A stretch of DNA of 64,000 nt from Camelus dromedarius. Lineage: Eukaryota. Made by a program: the position numbers and the translations under genes. The notes under the pieces were generated by a model. It was not told the DNA's origin and searched no databases. It was given only the letters and a program-made list of their open reading frames with translations. The stretch spans positions 34,102,001 through 34,166,000 of the forward strand of contig NC_087447.1 in assembly GCF_036321535.1 (NCBI RefSeq), given 5' to 3'. Within the stretch, counting starts at the first letter, position 1; the number at the start of each line of letters is the position of its first letter. This document shows, piece after piece, positions 62,986-64,000 of this stretch.

Positions 62986-64000
62986 CAAATGCTATGTCCA
63001 AAAACACAAAAAAAAATCCACACAGTTAAGCGAAGCTCCCAATCTACCCGCCTTAAGGTGAGACAATAATACACTGGACTCTCAAAGTATGTGCTCCTCT
63101 TTTGGTACATGAGGATGGTATCTCCATCAAGTCCTCCATCAAGAGCTTCAGGAGATGCTACAGAGAAGTTCTCTGATCTTTAACTCCTTCCCAGAGGAAA
63201 AAGAGAAAATTTTCCCTCCTGTAGGTTCTTTTTAAAAAATGGGAATGTCAAACAGTTGAGCCAGAATTTAAGTATGGTTTTTGTTCTTCAGAATTTAGGA
63301 TGCTGGCAAAATGTAATCTTTCGGCTGTTATTTTTTCTGCCAATCAAAATCAGCAGCCAACCAAAGAACTGACTTACTGTATTTCTCTGGGGGAATCAAT
63401 GCTGAAACTGAGAGCTGAATTGGACGATTATTCACTACCTCTGATTGTATTATGCCAAATTTGCAAGAACAGGAGGGGGAAAAAAAAGCAGTCATTTATC
63501 CTGATTCTGCCAAGTATGCAGAACATGTGGTATCAGATAGATCAAATAATTTGGGGGATTCACAGTTGTCACTGAGCTACATACAGACTTCTGAGCCTTT
63601 TTACCTGACAGTTGTCTTTTTAATGGAAAAACAGAATTTTTCTTCTGGGGGGAGGGATGTGGTGGGGGGTGGGGGGAGCCAACATACACTGAGGTGGAAA
63701 ATATCCCTAAAGACTGCTCAGCTTTATTCACTCAAATCAGGAAGCAATTTCCTCCAGGTGTCTGTTTTGTTTTATACAACAGGCCTGGCTGTGACAAGCT
63801 AGGGGCAGACTGAGTTTTTGTAGGCGGAGCGCTCATTTAGACAAATCTGGTAGTTCTGCTGTAAAGCTAAGGCACTTTTTAAAAACTAGAGAATCATGAT
63901 GAAGTAGAAAGAATGACAAGGTAATTGTCTTATTCTGCTCTGTGCTACACATCCCCCCTCCTAGAATCATACAAACATAGAACTCTGTGGCTGGGTCAAG

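Noticed and set aside
1..64000. CRISPR arrays, rRNA, operon-like or prokaryotic defence systems
   Set aside because: Sequence is mammalian exon-intron DNA; no regularly spaced repeat-spacer array or rRNA similarity seen.

Overview
Mammalian genomic DNA lying entirely within the neuron navigator 2 gene (NAV2) on the minus strand. It is very probably camelid, judged from six vic-1-type tRNA-derived SINEs. Five coding exons can be delimited to the base with canonical AG/GT sites and consistent phases: 49301-48224, 43485-43373, 37815-37707, 35832-35443 and 7919-7797 (exons 7-11 in human numbering as I recall it). The ORF track misses the 113-nt exon's coding frame and the 123-nt exon's coding frame. 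The rest is intron, containing L1, L2, MIR, MLT1/MLT2 LTRs, Tigger1, MER5/MER102 and microsatellites. Nearly all other ORFs in the track are noise. The best lead is a candidate alternative first coding exon at 10803-10727 (-), MCRIYFEDYYKKYMIEYIFTSPWEKR. It has an upstream in-frame stop and a GAG|GTAAAT donor in the correct phase to join the 123-nt exon, giving a short NAV2 isoform with a Met-Cys-Arg N-terminus like the oxygen-sensing Cys/N-degron substrates. Three weaker phase-matched candidates lie in the same intron. Other leads are a probable 8-codon in-frame deletion relative to human, a ~30-bp direct repeat bracketing exon 8, and a nested L1/purine-array/young-L1 structure. Repeat subfamily names and human comparisons are from memory, not from searches.
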